This document shows, one piece after another, positions 12,767 to 26,305 of a stretch of 64,000 nt of DNA. Position numbers and translations under genes: made by a program. How positions within the stretch are numbered: position 1 is the first letter of the stretch; every line of letters starts with the position of its first letter. The notes beneath the pieces are model-generated. The model did not search any database, had not been told where the DNA came from, and worked only from the letters and a program-made list of their open reading frames with translations. Source of the stretch: Octopus vulgaris (Eukaryota); NCBI GenBank assembly GCA_951406725.2, contig OX597814.1:12524001-12588000 (forward strand). The letters are read 5' to 3'.

Positions 12767-13143
12767 TATGCAAGCAGTCTAGTGTTACTAAAATTTTGAA
12801 TAACTGGATGTTTCAGCCCCTTTATTGCCCTCTTCCAGATTTCAAGAAATTATATGGGATATAATCCATTTTAAGCGTGCATAACTGAGCGAGCAAGGAT
12901 CCTCAAAGTCTCTCTGGAATCGGAATTATTGAATTTCCGGCAAAAAATTTGCAGCGCCTGCATCCATTTCAAACGCTACCTGTTGCAAGCATGGGATTTC
13001 CCATTCATTGATTAGATCCGAAAAGGTCCTTACGAACTAAAAGCAACCTAAAGACGGAGTTCCCCGGTCACCGTTTTGGCTTATATAGACTGGTCTAAGG
13101 GAGATAATCCGTCCTCGCCGACCCGCATTATTTATTCTTTGTT

Positions 13144-13528
13144 TGGAAGCACTCCGTCGGTTACGACGATGAGGGTTCCGGTTGATCCGAATCAACGGAA
13201 CAGCCTGCTCGTGAAATTAACGTGTAAGTGGTTGAGCACTCCACAGACACGTGTACCCTTAACGTAGTTCTCGGGGATATTCAGCGTGACACAGAGAGTG
13301 ACAAGGCCGGCCCTTTGAAATACAGGTACAACAGAAACAGGAAGTAAGAGTGAGAGAAAGTTGTGGTGAAAGAGTACAGCAGGGATCACCACCATCCCCT
13401 GCCGGAGCCTCTTAGAGCTTTCGGTGTTTTCGCTCAATAAACACTCACAACGCCCGGTCTGGGAATCGAAACCGCGATCCTATGACCGAGAGTCCGCTGC
13501 CCTAACCACTGGGCCATTGCGCCTCCAC
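13144..13528 (-). mobile_element. tRNA-derived SINE type C (full length)
   Basis: Reverse complement of 12393-12766. Confidence 0.9.
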
Positions 13529-13751
13529 TATTCTTTGTTTTACTGACTAACTGACTAACGGATGTCTACCCCCAATACTGAGGCGCTATATGGCCTTCGG
13601 CTTTAGAGTCTGACAAGTTATCCAGAGAGCCAAGCCCTTTATGAATGCGAATCTATTGGTCACTCTATGGCAGAATATATAATTAACTGCATATAAATAC
13701 TGTTCTATGTCTTAGAGTGTGCTTCTTTCTCGGATTCATGATACACTGACG

Positions 13752-13790
<39 letters not shown>

Positions 13791-13793
<3 letters not shown>

Positions 13794-14072
13794 ATGATCA
13801 CGTGACCGACCATCGCTGGTCACAATGCGTTCGCATTGTTTTAGCCTTCGAATGACGCCACCCCGCTGGCTAAGCGAACAGGCCAACAGACGAAAGAGTG
13901 AGAGAAAGAGTGGTGAAAGAGTGCAGCAGGGATCACCACCCCCTGCCGGAGCGTCGTGGAGCTTTTAGGTGTTTTCGCTCAATAAACACGCACAACGCCC
14001 GGTCTGGGAATCGAAACCGCGATCCTACGACCGCGAGTCCGCTGCCTTAACCACTGGGCCATTGCGCCTCCA
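13791..14072 (-). mobile_element. SINE type C head with an alternative 3' tail, in (TA)n
   Basis: First ~180 bp match type C, then diverge into ctgttggcctg...ggtcacgtgatcatgtg. Confidence 0.85.
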
Positions 14073-14141
14073 TATATATATATTATATATATATATATAT
14101 ATACATACATACATACATACATACATACATACATACATACA

Positions 14142-14352
14142 AATGTGACCGCGTGTGTACCGTTGGCGATTTTTTCCCTCCGTCTTCCCCTCCTTGGATC
14201 TTTCCTTTCCCTATGTTTCTGACGAAGAGCTCCGCTCGAAACGTTAAATCCTCGTTTTTTCTTTCCTTTCCTGAGCGTCCAATAACACTATACTTGTTCC
14301 ACGTCCGCGCGTTGTTGTGTTTTTTTCTTTTTGTTTTCATGTTTGTATTAAC
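14142..14352 (+). mobile_element. PLE terminal-repeat fragment with minimal hammerhead (14215-14249)
   Basis: GTTT [CTGACGA] A GAGC-tcc-GCTC [GAAA] CG [TT] AAAT; flanked by microsatellites. Confidence 0.7.
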
Positions 14353-17269
14353 TATATATATATATATATACAGCGATATTAGACACCTTCCATCACCAAC
14401 AGCCAACCCCACGAAAAGGGGCATTGACGATGTGGTAACCACAGCGTTTGGATTGAAACGCATAATCTCTCTCCCTTTCTCTCTATTTCTTCTTCTCTCT
14501 ATCCTTCTATCTGTGTGTGTGTGCATACACACACACACATACACACGAACCTTTCTTCTTCTTAAGTAACTCACATGAGAATTGTAAATAATCACCTTTA
14601 ATATCATTTTCTTATAACGAATCTACATTTTTCTGCGAAGATATATATTTCATCTTTCCTTCTATTATTCTTTTCCGAAACCTTGTTTCAGTAGCGTTTC
14701 TCTTTGCTTTTCCGTGCACAAGATTACTTAAGATATTAGAATAGCTTCTATATTTGCAGCTTGTATATGTTGTGGTTTTACTCGTGAAACATATGTAAGT
14801 TTATTGTTGTTTCTGAAAACCATTGCTAGCGTACTGTGTGCTTGTTTTATCTGTGTATGTGTGCGCATCTCTCTGATCTTGTACGTATATGTTTCGTGTG
14901 CTGTGTTAATTGTGTATGAGTGTAGGCTCGGCGCGCTGAAGTTGTTTTCGGTTAGTTCTGCCCCTTCATTTTTATTTTTCATGTAGGGTATTGAATTAAC
15001 TAAATCGTTAGAGTTTCCAACAAAACTCCTTGCCATATATACGTAGGTCCTTCTACTTTCATTCTTATGGCATCGATAAATAAAGAACTAGTCCAGTATT
15101 GGATCGATTCTTCTCCATTCTCTTTCTTTCGCTTCTCTCTCTCCCTTTTGAAATTGACTCATTTTCATCATAAAATATATGCATGACAACTCATAATGCC
15201 TTTTACCACAGAAATTGATAGGGATTAGGTGAAACTCTAGCAATATCTTCACAGAAAAAAATTGATATGCCACTGCAAACGTTCAAGGATTGACCATGTA
15301 CAATAAGCCTATAAAATGGAAAGATAATTACTTGAAAGATAATTGCTTGAATGTATTGTCCAGTCTTGTCTCAGATTTGAAGTCCGACATATGATTAAGT
15401 AGATAGTATCATATTAATTTGAAAATCTAGATTCCATACGCTAATATAAATTACATCGCGTCTTCCTGATTGACATTAAATGTAAAATGAGAAAATAAAT
15501 GACAAATAAGACAGACATGTTCCAAATTCTTCCCACTGAGGAGAATAAATGAATACTATCTGCAGGTAATAAGCATTGATTCTGCAAGTAATAATTGATA
15601 GCTAAGAATTTTGACAGTGTAAATCTGAAAATAGGTACCATGAGGTAAATTGTAATTGGTAAGCCACGATCTTTTTCAGTGTCATCATCACTACCCGGCT
15701 ATGACCTCTAAGTATAGTGGGAAGAAGAAAAGGAGAAAATTGTTTTGAATTTGATACCAATAGCAAGATTTTGTAAAAGACGGCTCCATTAAAGGCACCA
15801 AAGGGCCAGGTGGTGATATTAAACCTGACGGCTAGGCCTCTGTGGTGTTTGAATTGAGTTCAGAATATGAAAAGAATCCTCAGAAAAACTGGTATAAAAA
15901 CAGCAAAGCATCGTTTCCCATTCTCTAACAATTTCCCTCGTCCATCGCTTTATTTATTGATGCTTTATTTATTGCTTAAATTGATGCTTTATTTATTGAA
16001 CCAGGCGAAATTTGAACTCAGAATGTAAGAATCCAGATAAATTCTGCAAAGCATTATATATACAACATGAAACCGAAGTCTTTGTTGCTGACAGTACGAT
16101 CCACCAAATTTTCTGACTTGCTTTAGTTTTCAAGATTAGCATATAGCTTTTAGATGCCAGCAGTGCAAGCGCTTTCTTACATTGTACATAGTTGAAATTC
16201 GTATTTTACGTTTTTGAAAATCTTTATTCGTTTTATCTTTCTCAGTTTTGTAAAAGGGACTCATTATCAACAGAAACCTAAATATTTTATTACTGCATAA
16301 TGAGACTTGATGCTACAAAGTGAAAATGATAAATTGAGCTCATCACTATTAGTTTCACCAAACGTTACATAAATCGTAAGCCATTTAATACATATATATT
16401 TAGCAAATTGTTAAAATAAGATCATTAGGAGTGTTATGTTTATGTTTACTCGTTATTGATGGCGAGTTCTAAGAGTGCAAAATCTGAGGTTATAGAAAAA
16501 TTCCCAACCTTTCAAGGAATGCTAAATTAATTACAGTCTAATTGCCTTGAATTCATGATAAATTAGTTACTCTTCAAAGTGTCAAATCCTGATACTACAA
16601 AACATTTCCAACATCTTTCTCACCTTTCTGTTACTGCTACTTAGCAAATTATCATTTGAAGGTGATTAGCGTCTTTTACATGCCTATGATCAATCTTGAA
16701 GAATTTTTATTATTTCTACTTCTTAGGAAGTTGTCATTTCAAGTGATTAGTTTCTTTTACATATCTATGATTCATTGCAATGTTTCAAGTAACAAAGAAT
16801 AAATCATAGTATTAAATGAAAGTTTTCTGTCATTAATCTAAGCAGTGAATAATCTTAAAGGAAATTACATGCATCGTAATTTATCTCATTCGACTCTTTC
16901 TTGTCAATGCATCTCTACTAAGGAGATTACACGAACCATAAAATTAAACGTATCTGCGCAATGATTTCCAAATTAGAAAATTTCCTCTTTCCTTATTTTT
17001 ATTTATCAGGTAACCATAAAATGTTAGGGGCTAAGCAGTGTGTACATTCTTACATACACACAAACATGCACACACACACACATACGCATATATATTTTAT
17101 ATACACATACACACGCATATATCACATCGAGGTAAGCAAGTACTTTCAGACCCGGAATGTTGCAAGAAGATATATGAGCAAATTACTGGTTTAAAAAAGC
17201 AAAAAAAATTATGTATACACACTCACACGTACACTTACGCACACACTTACGCACACACACACACACACG

Positions 17270-17308
<39 letters not shown>

Positions 17309-17909
17309 ACACATACATATGTCTATGCGTGTGTTTCTGTCTGTATGTCTGTATTATATTAGATAAGTCATGAGTCATACGTGGTGGGTTCATCTAGTAA
17401 AAAAAGTTGGTGCCTTTTATTTCTTATTAATAAATTCAGACTGATTGCCAAAAAATATCAACTTAAAACTTATGAATATACTCTTGAAGCCAGGCGTCAT
17501 GTACTGAACACCTGTCTTCGAGAAAATAATATATCTACCTATTTATCATCCACTTTAGAGAAAGCATTTGAGTTGATAAATGTTCTTCCTTGGTATCCCC
17601 TGTGGATGGAGTTTTATACAGATGAGTAATTTACAAAGACTCTTACTTTGAGACTGAAGGAAGGAATGAATATAATTTCAAGCAATTCCTACCAGGTAGT
17701 AATGTAAAAAAGGGCCACGGATTATGTTTGAAGAACAGGAACATTTTCTCTCTTGGGGATTTCCATCTACTAAATTTCACTTATGCGCCTTTGCTGAACT
17801 CTAGAATATAGGAAAAAAGTCTATTTCAGGATGCCACGATGTGATTCGAGCCCGAAACCATAGCCCTCCGAAGTGAATTTAAATATACAACCGTATAATA
17901 GTAGTTTCA

Positions 17910-18117
17910 AGTTATGGCACAAGGCCAGTAATTTTGGGTGAGGGACTAAGTTGATTACATCGATTCCCCAGTACGCAATTGGTATTTATTTTATCGACCC
18001 AGAACAGATGAAAGGCAAAGTCGACTTCAGCGGAACTGGAACTAAGAATATAAAAATAGACAAAATGCTACTAAGCATTTTGTCCGGCGTGCTAACTATT
18101 CCTCCAGCCCACCGCCT
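17910..18117 (-). mobile_element. Diverged SINE type B
   Basis: Contains the reverse-strand Meta-like block tttatcgaccc.gaa..gatgaaaggcaaagtcgac. Confidence 0.75.
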
Positions 18118-18147
18118 TCATAAGCCATATAATAATACTTAGATCTG

Positions 18148-18199
<52 letters not shown>

Positions 18200-19055
18200 G
18201 ACGAGGAGTACCTGACCCGCCTGTTCAGGACGACCTTCGGGCCAGGGCCCATGGACAACTTCCAGAGATCCCTGGCCTGGCAGTGCTACCGAGAAGCGCT
18301 ACCCGTTCGGGATAAGCTCTACAGACACGGCTCGAGAAACACGGGGCCGACCTGCCCGAGATGCGGTCAGAGCGACGAAACCGTTCTGCACGCACTCGTT
18401 CAGTGCCCAACAATTTCCGACCTGTGGGCTTATGTCGAACAACTGCTGTCACGTGTGGGACGAGTCGGTTTATCAGCTGAGTCTATCGTCAATATTGTCA
18501 CGCCTCCTTCCTTCAAACGGGAAGGAAGAGCTATTTTCATCATCCTTGTGGCTATGGCGAAAGAATGTATCTGGTGGACGCGTCTGAAAGGATTGGAGAC
18601 AAACACTTTCCTCTCTGGTCAATCTCTCATCAACTTCTTCAAGTACCACTTGAAAAGGAAAGTGAGAGTAGAGAGGCAAGTTTTGTCTAGCGAATGTTTT
18701 AAAAAAAGATGGGTGAATGTAGCAAGAATGGCACGTATGAATGACGAAGCCACCTTGAGCATAGTCCTATGAACCCAGAAATCGAAAACAGAGAGTTGCT
18801 TATTTGCAAAAAAAAAAAAAAAAAAAGAAATATAAAATGTGACTTCATTGACCGAGGTTACCGTGGTCTTTTCCGTAGGCTTTTCTTTCCACGGGTAAAC
18901 CTCACCTGTCCTCCCCTTTACACTTCATATTGACATTTCTGTGATAACGATCCCTATTGATCAATTTTTTTTTCCTCTCCCCCTTTTTTTTTAACCCCCC
19001 TTTTTTTGTCCTCTTTCTCTCCTTTTACGATCCCTTTTGATCGAAACTCCCCCTT

Positions 19056-19091
<36 letters not shown>

Positions 19092-19162
19092 CTTCAAAAG
19101 AAAAGCTCTACCTTGTAATTTGTTCTATCTGTGTGCAGCCCTGTGTGGCTAATAAAGAAACA

Positions 19163-19164
<2 letters not shown>
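18200..19164 (+). mobile_element. 5'-truncated Tx1/L1-clade LINE (ORF2 C-terminal zinc finger plus 3' UTR) in (ATCT)n
   Basis: Open frame 18200-18772 with W...REALPV.D.L......CPRCG..DETVLHALVQCP...LW (zf-RVT type), T-rich 3' UTR and AATAAA; (ATCT)n on both sides. Confidence 0.85.
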
Positions 19165-19196
<32 letters not shown>

Positions 19197-19207
19197 ACAT
19201 AGATCTG

Positions 19208-19281
<74 letters not shown>

Positions 19282-19297
19282 CCTATCTATCTTTCTT

Positions 19298-19358
<61 letters not shown>

Positions 19359-19393
19359 ATACGTACATGTACACATATTATATATACATATCC

Positions 19394-19803
19394 ATTGAGT
19401 GCGGCCATGCTGGAGCATCGCTTTGAAGGATTTTTGTCGAACAAGTCGACCCCCAGGACTTATTATTTTTTAAAGCCTAGTACATATTGTATCGGTCACT
19501 TTTGCCGAACCGCTAAGTTACAGGTACGTAAACATACCAACACCGGTTGTGAAGCGGTGTTGGGGGGGGGACAAATACAGACACAGACCCAAAGACACAC
19601 ACACACACACAAACAAAGACACACACATACACACATACACGACGGGTTTATTTTCAGTTTCTGTCTAACAAGTCCACTCACAAGGCTTCTGTTGGCCCGA
19701 GGCTGTAGTAGAAGACACTAGCCCAAGGATCCACGCCGTGGTACTGAACCCGATGCCATGTGATTGGGAACCAAGCTTCTTTTCTCACAGCCACATATGC
19801 GCC
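19394..19803 (-). mobile_element. Diverged SINE type A
   Basis: Alignable to the reverse complement of 9636-10098. Confidence 0.8.
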
Positions 19804-19844
19804 TCTACTCAGCCACGCCTGCGCCTTAACACAGCCACGCATAC

Positions 19845-20358
19845 GATTCCACACAGCCATAGGAATACTGGTGGAATATCCCCATCAAAAGTTCTGTCAA
19901 ATGTAAACATAACAGGCCGGATATTATTATTTGGGACAGAGGGGCAAACGTATGTACCATCATAGAGGTCAGCTGCCCTGAAGATATAAATATCTCTTTG
20001 AAAATAAAAGAAAAATAGGATATCTATGGAAAATTGCTTCGAAACGTGCAGCTTCTATATCCAGACTATGAATTCATATTCATACCATCAATAATTGGAG
20101 CACTAGGTTTTGTTCGTTAATGTCTCAAGGAGAATCTGGATGAACTAGAATTTTCAGAAAGAGAAATCGACTGGCTAATTCGTACATTACAAGTCCAATC
20201 TGTGAGTGGAACAGTAAAAGTATGCAAAAATTTTCTCAGCTTGCAAATGTGAATTTGTCTGTGTTAACTACATCCCAAAGATGGAGCCCTATATCTTTGT
20301 TGGAAACTGGCACCCTCCTCTGTAGAGAATTTATAATAATTAAGAAATAGAAAAGACA
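19845..20358 (+). mobile_element. R4-like LINE 3' end (restriction-like endonuclease) ending at (CATA)n
   Basis: YWWNIPIK...HNRPDIIIWD...IIEVSCP.D.NI..K...YG.LLR..QLLYP....IP.IIGALG...VKVCKNFL: a PD-(D/E)xK RLE domain followed by a short UTR. Confidence 0.8.
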
Positions 20359-21829
20359 CATACATACACATATACATACATACATACATAATACATACAT
20401 ACATACATACACATATACATACATACATACACATATACATACATACATACACATATACATACATACATACACATATACATACATACATACATACATACAC
20501 ACACATACATACATACATACATACACATATACATACATGCATACATACATACATACATACATACACATATACATACATACACATATACATACATACATAC
20601 ATACATACATACATACATACATACATACATACATACAGGCATATATACATAAGTATGAATATACATACTCATTATATATGAGTGTATAAATCAGAAGGGG
20701 TAAATAGTACCTGAAAGTGCAATAACATTCAAGATCGTTGCTTAAGTTCCCACACAGAGAGAACGAACTTTAAATCTTTTTGAACACAATTGATAGTGAA
20801 CTTCCTTCATTGACAGCCAAATATGAATATAGATCTATTTTCATTCTTATGTGAACATCTCATTGGGTACATACAGGTATGTAAGTATATACATATACAC
20901 ATATATAGGTACATACTTATATACATATGCATATGCACATACTTATTCACACACACGTAGACATATACATATATTCATACATACATATATATATATATAT
21001 TATGTATACATACACATGCACATTAACACACATAATCTAACACACACAAAGTGTATAACATAGACGTTCTTTGAGGATCAAATATAGTTGCCATCTAACC
21101 CCAAAGGTAATGTTTCCGGTGTGGGCTGCCAAGAATAACTAGAATAATTATTTTCCCTATCTTGGTAATGCCTTTAGTAGGCTCTTGTTATCTTAAGGAA
21201 TACTGAAGAATATCGAAATAGCTGAAGATAAGATCGGTGAAGATGAGAAATTTCTAATGAGGTTGGACAGTTCTTTGGAGATTTATAGCTTTTAAAGGTT
21301 TTTACACACACACACACACACACACACATTCATTCACACAAATATGTACCCAAACGCATATGCGTACATGCTTACACACGCGCATATGTATACATATATA
21401 TATTGAAGGGTATTCATAAATTTACTTACACATCTATCTTAGTGTGCAAGGGGAGAGGAAGAGAGGAAAGAACGAAAGGAAGAAAGAAAAAAGAAAGAAA
21501 GAGAGAAGGGTTGGGGACTAGGAGAGAAAAGTAAGGGAGTATAAAAGTAGTGGGACATGTCAACGGATGTAAATTTATTGAGTAGGGATGATTTCAGATT
21601 TGGTAATCATGGATCTCAAGTTCGAACGCCAAGGCGTGCAGGAATTTTATAATATATACATATATGTAATTTGCACTATGCATCTAATACGTTTAAGATA
21701 AGTATGAAAGATGGTTTAACTATTTAGTTTTGTTTCACACATATATATATATAAATATATGCATGTATATAAGTATATATAATATAATATGAATTATATA
21801 AACAAACACACACACACATACACACAAAC

Positions 21830-22200
21830 TCTTGTTGAAATTAATTCCTACTTCAACTCCCAGAGTTATACAAATGCCGGTATTTGACGCCATGCGCAGT
21901 CTCAAAATTGCAGTTCACTTCCGTTAAAGTGAGGACCAGGTACTACAAAAGCTTAGGGTTTAAGCTCCCCGAGCCTTCAATTCTCTACCAAAGATATAAA
22001 ATAAAATAGATAAAATGAATAAATAGATTAAGAAACCTACACAATGTAGAAGTGGATACACTTGAAAAGCAATTGGACAGTCTACTATGCTCGATACCAG
22101 ACAAACCGTTGTGCTGAAAAGAAATACAGACGATAGCAGCAATGTCGAACTCCCGTGCACTCCAAGTAAGCCAACAACCAGGAAAACTCACTTGCAAGGG
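21830..22200 (+). mobile_element. Old CR1-like LINE 3' fragment
   Basis: VRTRYYKSLGF...FNSLPKD..LRNLHNVEVD..EKQLD..L.SIPDKP...AAMSNS is homologous to the C-terminus of 62710-63402. Confidence 0.7.
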
Positions 22201-22309
22201 TGCTGATATGAAATCCAAACACTAAGAGGAAACAAACTAGAGATGACAGCTGAGGAAAGAGTACATATTCACATGCATACATACATACATACATACATAC
22301 ATACATACA

Positions 22310-22340
<31 letters not shown>

Positions 22341-22349
22341 TTATGTATT

Positions 22350-22580
22350 AATTGTCTGTTTGGATAAGCTTGGATTTTCAGAAAAAGAAGCCATCCAACT
22401 GTCTCGCACATTAAAAATACTATCTCTAAGTGAGACAGTAAAACTATGCAAGAATTTTCTCAGGTTTAAAATGTGACATTGTTTTCGTTATCTACATTCC
22501 AATGATGGAACATGGTATGTTTGTTAGAAACCGGTTCCTTCTTCAAAGGAAGATTTTAAGTTATCAGACACAGAAGAGAC
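22350..22580 (+). mobile_element. R4-like LINE extreme 3' fragment between (CATA)n tracts
   Basis: LDKLGFSEKE...L.RTL.I.S.SETVKLCKNFLRFKM* homologous to 20130-20250. Confidence 0.75.
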
Positions 22581-22739
22581 ACATACATACATACATACAT
22601 ACATACATACATACATACATACATACATACATACATACATACCCATCCCCACATCTCCACATCCACACATACATACACACACAAGTCCAGACCACCAGCC
22701 CTCTTTCACACACACATGCATACTCTCTTATACACACAC

Positions 22740-23012
22740 GCACCTTTGTGTTGGGGGCACCTTCGTATTGGAAGTCACTTGACCCTGTTATCTCCCCTAC
22801 TATCCCTCTCGCGTCTGACCACTGTCCGAAGTCAGGACGCCATGATAGATCGTTAGCTACTACATGCATATTTTTTTCTCCTTTTTTCTGTGTATCTTTC
22901 TGCCGAAAAGCGTAGGCTCGAAACGTAAAAGACTTTTTCTATTCCTGAGCGCTATACTAATACATTTGTTTGTTTGTACTCCACCTGCTTTCGTCTTTTG
23001 TTTATTTTCGTA
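22740..23012 (+). mobile_element. PLE terminal-repeat fragment with decayed hammerhead (22895-22932)
   Basis: TCTTT [CTGcCGA] A aAGC-gtag-GCTC [GAAA] CG [TA] AAAGA; related to the 14215 motif. Confidence 0.65.
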
Positions 23013-23184
23013 AATACATACATGCATGCATACATACATACATACATACATACATACATACATACATACATACATACATACATACATACATGCATGCATA
23101 CATACATACATACATACATACATACATAAATACATACATACATGCATACATACATACATAAATACATACATACATGCATACATA

Positions 23185-23400
23185 GACGGCCTAACTGTCA
23201 GTCTAGATAAGCTTGAATTAAAAAAAGAAATCAACTAACTGATTCGCACATTACCAATATAATCTATAAGCAGAATAGTAAGACTCTGCAAGTGTTTTCT
23301 CAGGTTTAAAATATGACAATGTTTTCGTTATCTACATTCCAATTATGAGGCTTTGTATCAAAGGAAGAATTTGAATAATTAAAAACAGAAGCCACATACA
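23185..23400 (+). mobile_element. R4-like LINE extreme 3' fragment after (CATA)n
   Basis: Similar to 22350-22580 (ttttctcaggtttaaaat.tgaca.tgttttcgttatctacattcc). Confidence 0.7.
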
Positions 23401-23731
23401 TGATGGATCTTTGCTGCCTGCAAAGGTTGACTTCTTGTATTTATTTATAATTGGTTTTTCCTGGGACTTGAGATATGCATACATTTTTTTTTAATTTTTA
23501 CATAAAAAGCATTTGAAGAAGGAATGGGAAATACTTGCAACGCTAGGAATATTAATCTTATTTTTTTATTAAATTTATGCTAATTTACGGGCATGTAAGC
23601 AAAGAAACACCAGTTGTCAAGAAGCAGTGAGAGACAAACAAAAAGCCATACACACACGACCACACACAGACACTTACACATATACAGCGTTGCGACTCTA
23701 TTCCCTGAAACGAAGGCGAGAGAGGTATGCA

Positions 23732-23761
<30 letters not shown>

Positions 23762-23770
<9 letters not shown>

Positions 23771-24070
23771 AATATACTGGAAGGACTGGTGCCAAACTTT
23801 AGAATAAAGAGCTATACCAGACCAGGAACAGGACGTCACTGTGCTGACCCCACTCTGCCGACTGATTCATCTCGGGCAAGGACGATGTACAGCAATAGTT
23901 TGGCTTTCAAGGGCCCACAGCTGTTTAACTGTCTGCCGAAGCATCTGAGGAGCCTCCATGGAGTGGATGTAGACGCTTTCAAACGTGAACTTGGCCTCTG
24001 GCTCGCCGAGATCCCGGATGAGCCAATATCAAAGTAAGAAACTCAAAAAAGGGCAGTAGCATCGATCTCC
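23762..24070 (+). mobile_element. CR1-like LINE 3' coding fragment
   Basis: YIWNILEGLVPNF...TGRHC...NSLAFKGPQLFNCLPK.LR.LHGVDVD.FK..L...L..IPDEP, a paralogue of 62710-63402. Confidence 0.85.
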
Positions 24071-24151
24071 ATCCTTCACCAAAAGCCGCTCCGACAAAGG
24101 TGGAAAGAGGAAAGATGATTTCATTGGACTGAAACATATAAGAGAATAAGA

Positions 24152-24200
<49 letters not shown>

Positions 24201-24201
<1 letters not shown>

Positions 24202-24428
24202 CTCTTTATTCTTTTACTTGTTTCAATCATTTGACTGCGGCCATGCTGGAGCATCGCCTTTTAGTCGAACAAATCGACCCCAGGACTTATTCTTTGTATG
24301 CCTAGTACTTATTCTATCGGTCTCTTTTGCGGAACCCTTAAGTAACGAGGACGTAAACATACCAGCATCGGTTGTCAAGCGATGTTGGCGGGACAAACAC
24401 AGACACGCAAACACACACACACATATAT

Positions 24429-24491
<63 letters not shown>

Positions 24492-24656
24492 CAAAAGGGT
24501 AATAATATAAATTACTACCAGTGGTCCAGCACAAAAGACGAATTAATCATTAGACAAAATATTATTCATAAAGAAAAATATTATTCATGTAGAAATATAA
24601 TTAAGGGCTCCTGCCCCTAGCACTTGGCATCCTTATTTAGGAGCCCTTAATTATAT

Positions 24657-24697
<41 letters not shown>

Positions 24698-24857
24698 GAC
24701 AGGCTTCTTTCAGTTTCCGTCTACCAAATCCACTCACAAGGCTTTGGTCGGCCCGAGGCTATAGTAGAAGACACTTTCCCAACGTGTCACGCAGTGGGAC
24801 TGAACCCGGAACCGTGTGGTTGGTAAGCAAGCTACTTACCACACAGCCACTCCTGCG

Positions 24858-24859
<2 letters not shown>
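24201..24859 (-). mobile_element. SINE type A with an insertion (24490-24660) in its internal (TA)n
   Basis: Both halves match type A; the insert ends in the hairpin atataattaagggctcct...aggagcccttaattatat. Confidence 0.85.
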
Positions 24860-24895
<36 letters not shown>

Positions 24896-25464
24896 CGGCG
24901 CTCATTTTTCAGTTTCCGTCGACCGTATCCACGCACATGGTATTGGTCAGCCCGAAGCTACAGAAGAAGACGTTTGCCAAAGGTGCCATGCAGTGGGACT
25001 GATCTCGGATCCATGAGCTTGGTGACTAAGAACTGCCGAATAAACATCAAAAGGATAAATTAACGGCAATTAATTGCTCAATTAGGCTCTGACGTGTTAT
25101 TACGTTGCAGTAAATCCAAACGAAATCGACTTTCATGTACATACAGAGTCGCTTAAAACGATCTTTAAGTGCAATATATTTAACGTTAATGCGGAAAATT
25201 AATAATTTCATATATAGTTCATACTTTAATTGTGTTCCACTGATATTTCTTTAAGCTAACTCCTTCAAATGTATAACTACCAGTTTGTGATTTATAATTA
25301 AATTAAATCAATTTAAATTACATTCAATTAAAGTGTTGTTTGCACAAATTACCAAGAATATTATTTTACATATATGTATATATTTATAAGTACACTTATG
25401 CGTGTGCGTATACATATACACATGCACACATATTCACGCGCACGAGCACAGAGGCTCGCTTGTG

Positions 25465-25514
<50 letters not shown>

Positions 25515-25515
25515 G

Positions 25516-25742
25516 GGCGGCGAGCTGGCAGAACCGTTAGCGCGCCGGGCGAAATGCTTATCAGTATTTCGTCTGTCGTTACAATCTGAGTTCAAATTCC
25601 GCCGAGGTCGACTTTGCCTTTCATCCTTTCGGGGTCGATAAATTAAGTACCAGTTTCGCACTGGGGTCGATGTAATCGACTTAATCCCTTTGTCTGTCCT
25701 TGTTTGTCCCCATCTATATTTAGCCCCTTGTGGGTAGTAAAG

Positions 25743-25747
<5 letters not shown>
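25516..25747 (+). mobile_element. SINE type B monomer
   Basis: Full head, body and tail ending agccccttgtgggtagtaaagaaata. Confidence 0.9.
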
Positions 25748-25785
<38 letters not shown>

Positions 25786-25979
25786 ACACACGTATTTATG
25801 TACGTACATATATGCGCATGTACGGCAGTTCATATTCATATCTGTATAGATAAATGCTTGCTTTAATATTTCATAATGATCTTACAGATCTTTGGAATAT
25901 GGTAACAACTGTTCTAGTTTTAGCCCGTATTTATATTAATAAACGTACTATTTACTAATGAAATAACTCTGTAATTCTT

Positions 25980-26305
25980 TTATACTCTAGGCACAAGGCC
26001 CGAAATTTTGGGGGAGGGGGCCAGTCGATTAGCTCGACCCAGTACACAACTGGTACTTAATTTATAGACCACGAAAGGATGAAAGGAAAAGTCGACCTCA
26101 GCGGAATTTGAACTCAGAACGTAAAGACAGACGAAATAGCTATTTCTTTACTACCCACAAGGGGCTAAACACAGAGAGGACAAACAAGGACAGACAAACG
26201 GATTAAGTAGATTATATCGACTCCAGTGCGTAACTGGTACTTATTTAATCGACCCCGAAAGGATGAAAAGGCAAAGTCGAAATACCGCTAAGCATTTCGC
26301 CGCCT
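25980..26305 (-). mobile_element. SINE type B dimer with ~22-bp target-site duplication
   Basis: Direct repeat taatgaaataactctgtaattc at 25956-25977 and 26306-26327; internal junction gacgaaatagctatttc. Confidence 0.85.

Noticed and set aside
15441-15641. Hydrophobic 66-aa ORF as a possible membrane-protein exon
   Set aside because: No recognisable motif; hydrophobicity is expected from AT-rich DNA.
19971-20054. Apparent hammerhead AGCTGC CCTGAAGA ... GAAACGT GCAGCT
   Set aside because: Lies within R4-like RLE coding sequence (EVSCPED...LLRNVQL), lacks a proper NUH spacing and has no good stem II; coincidental.
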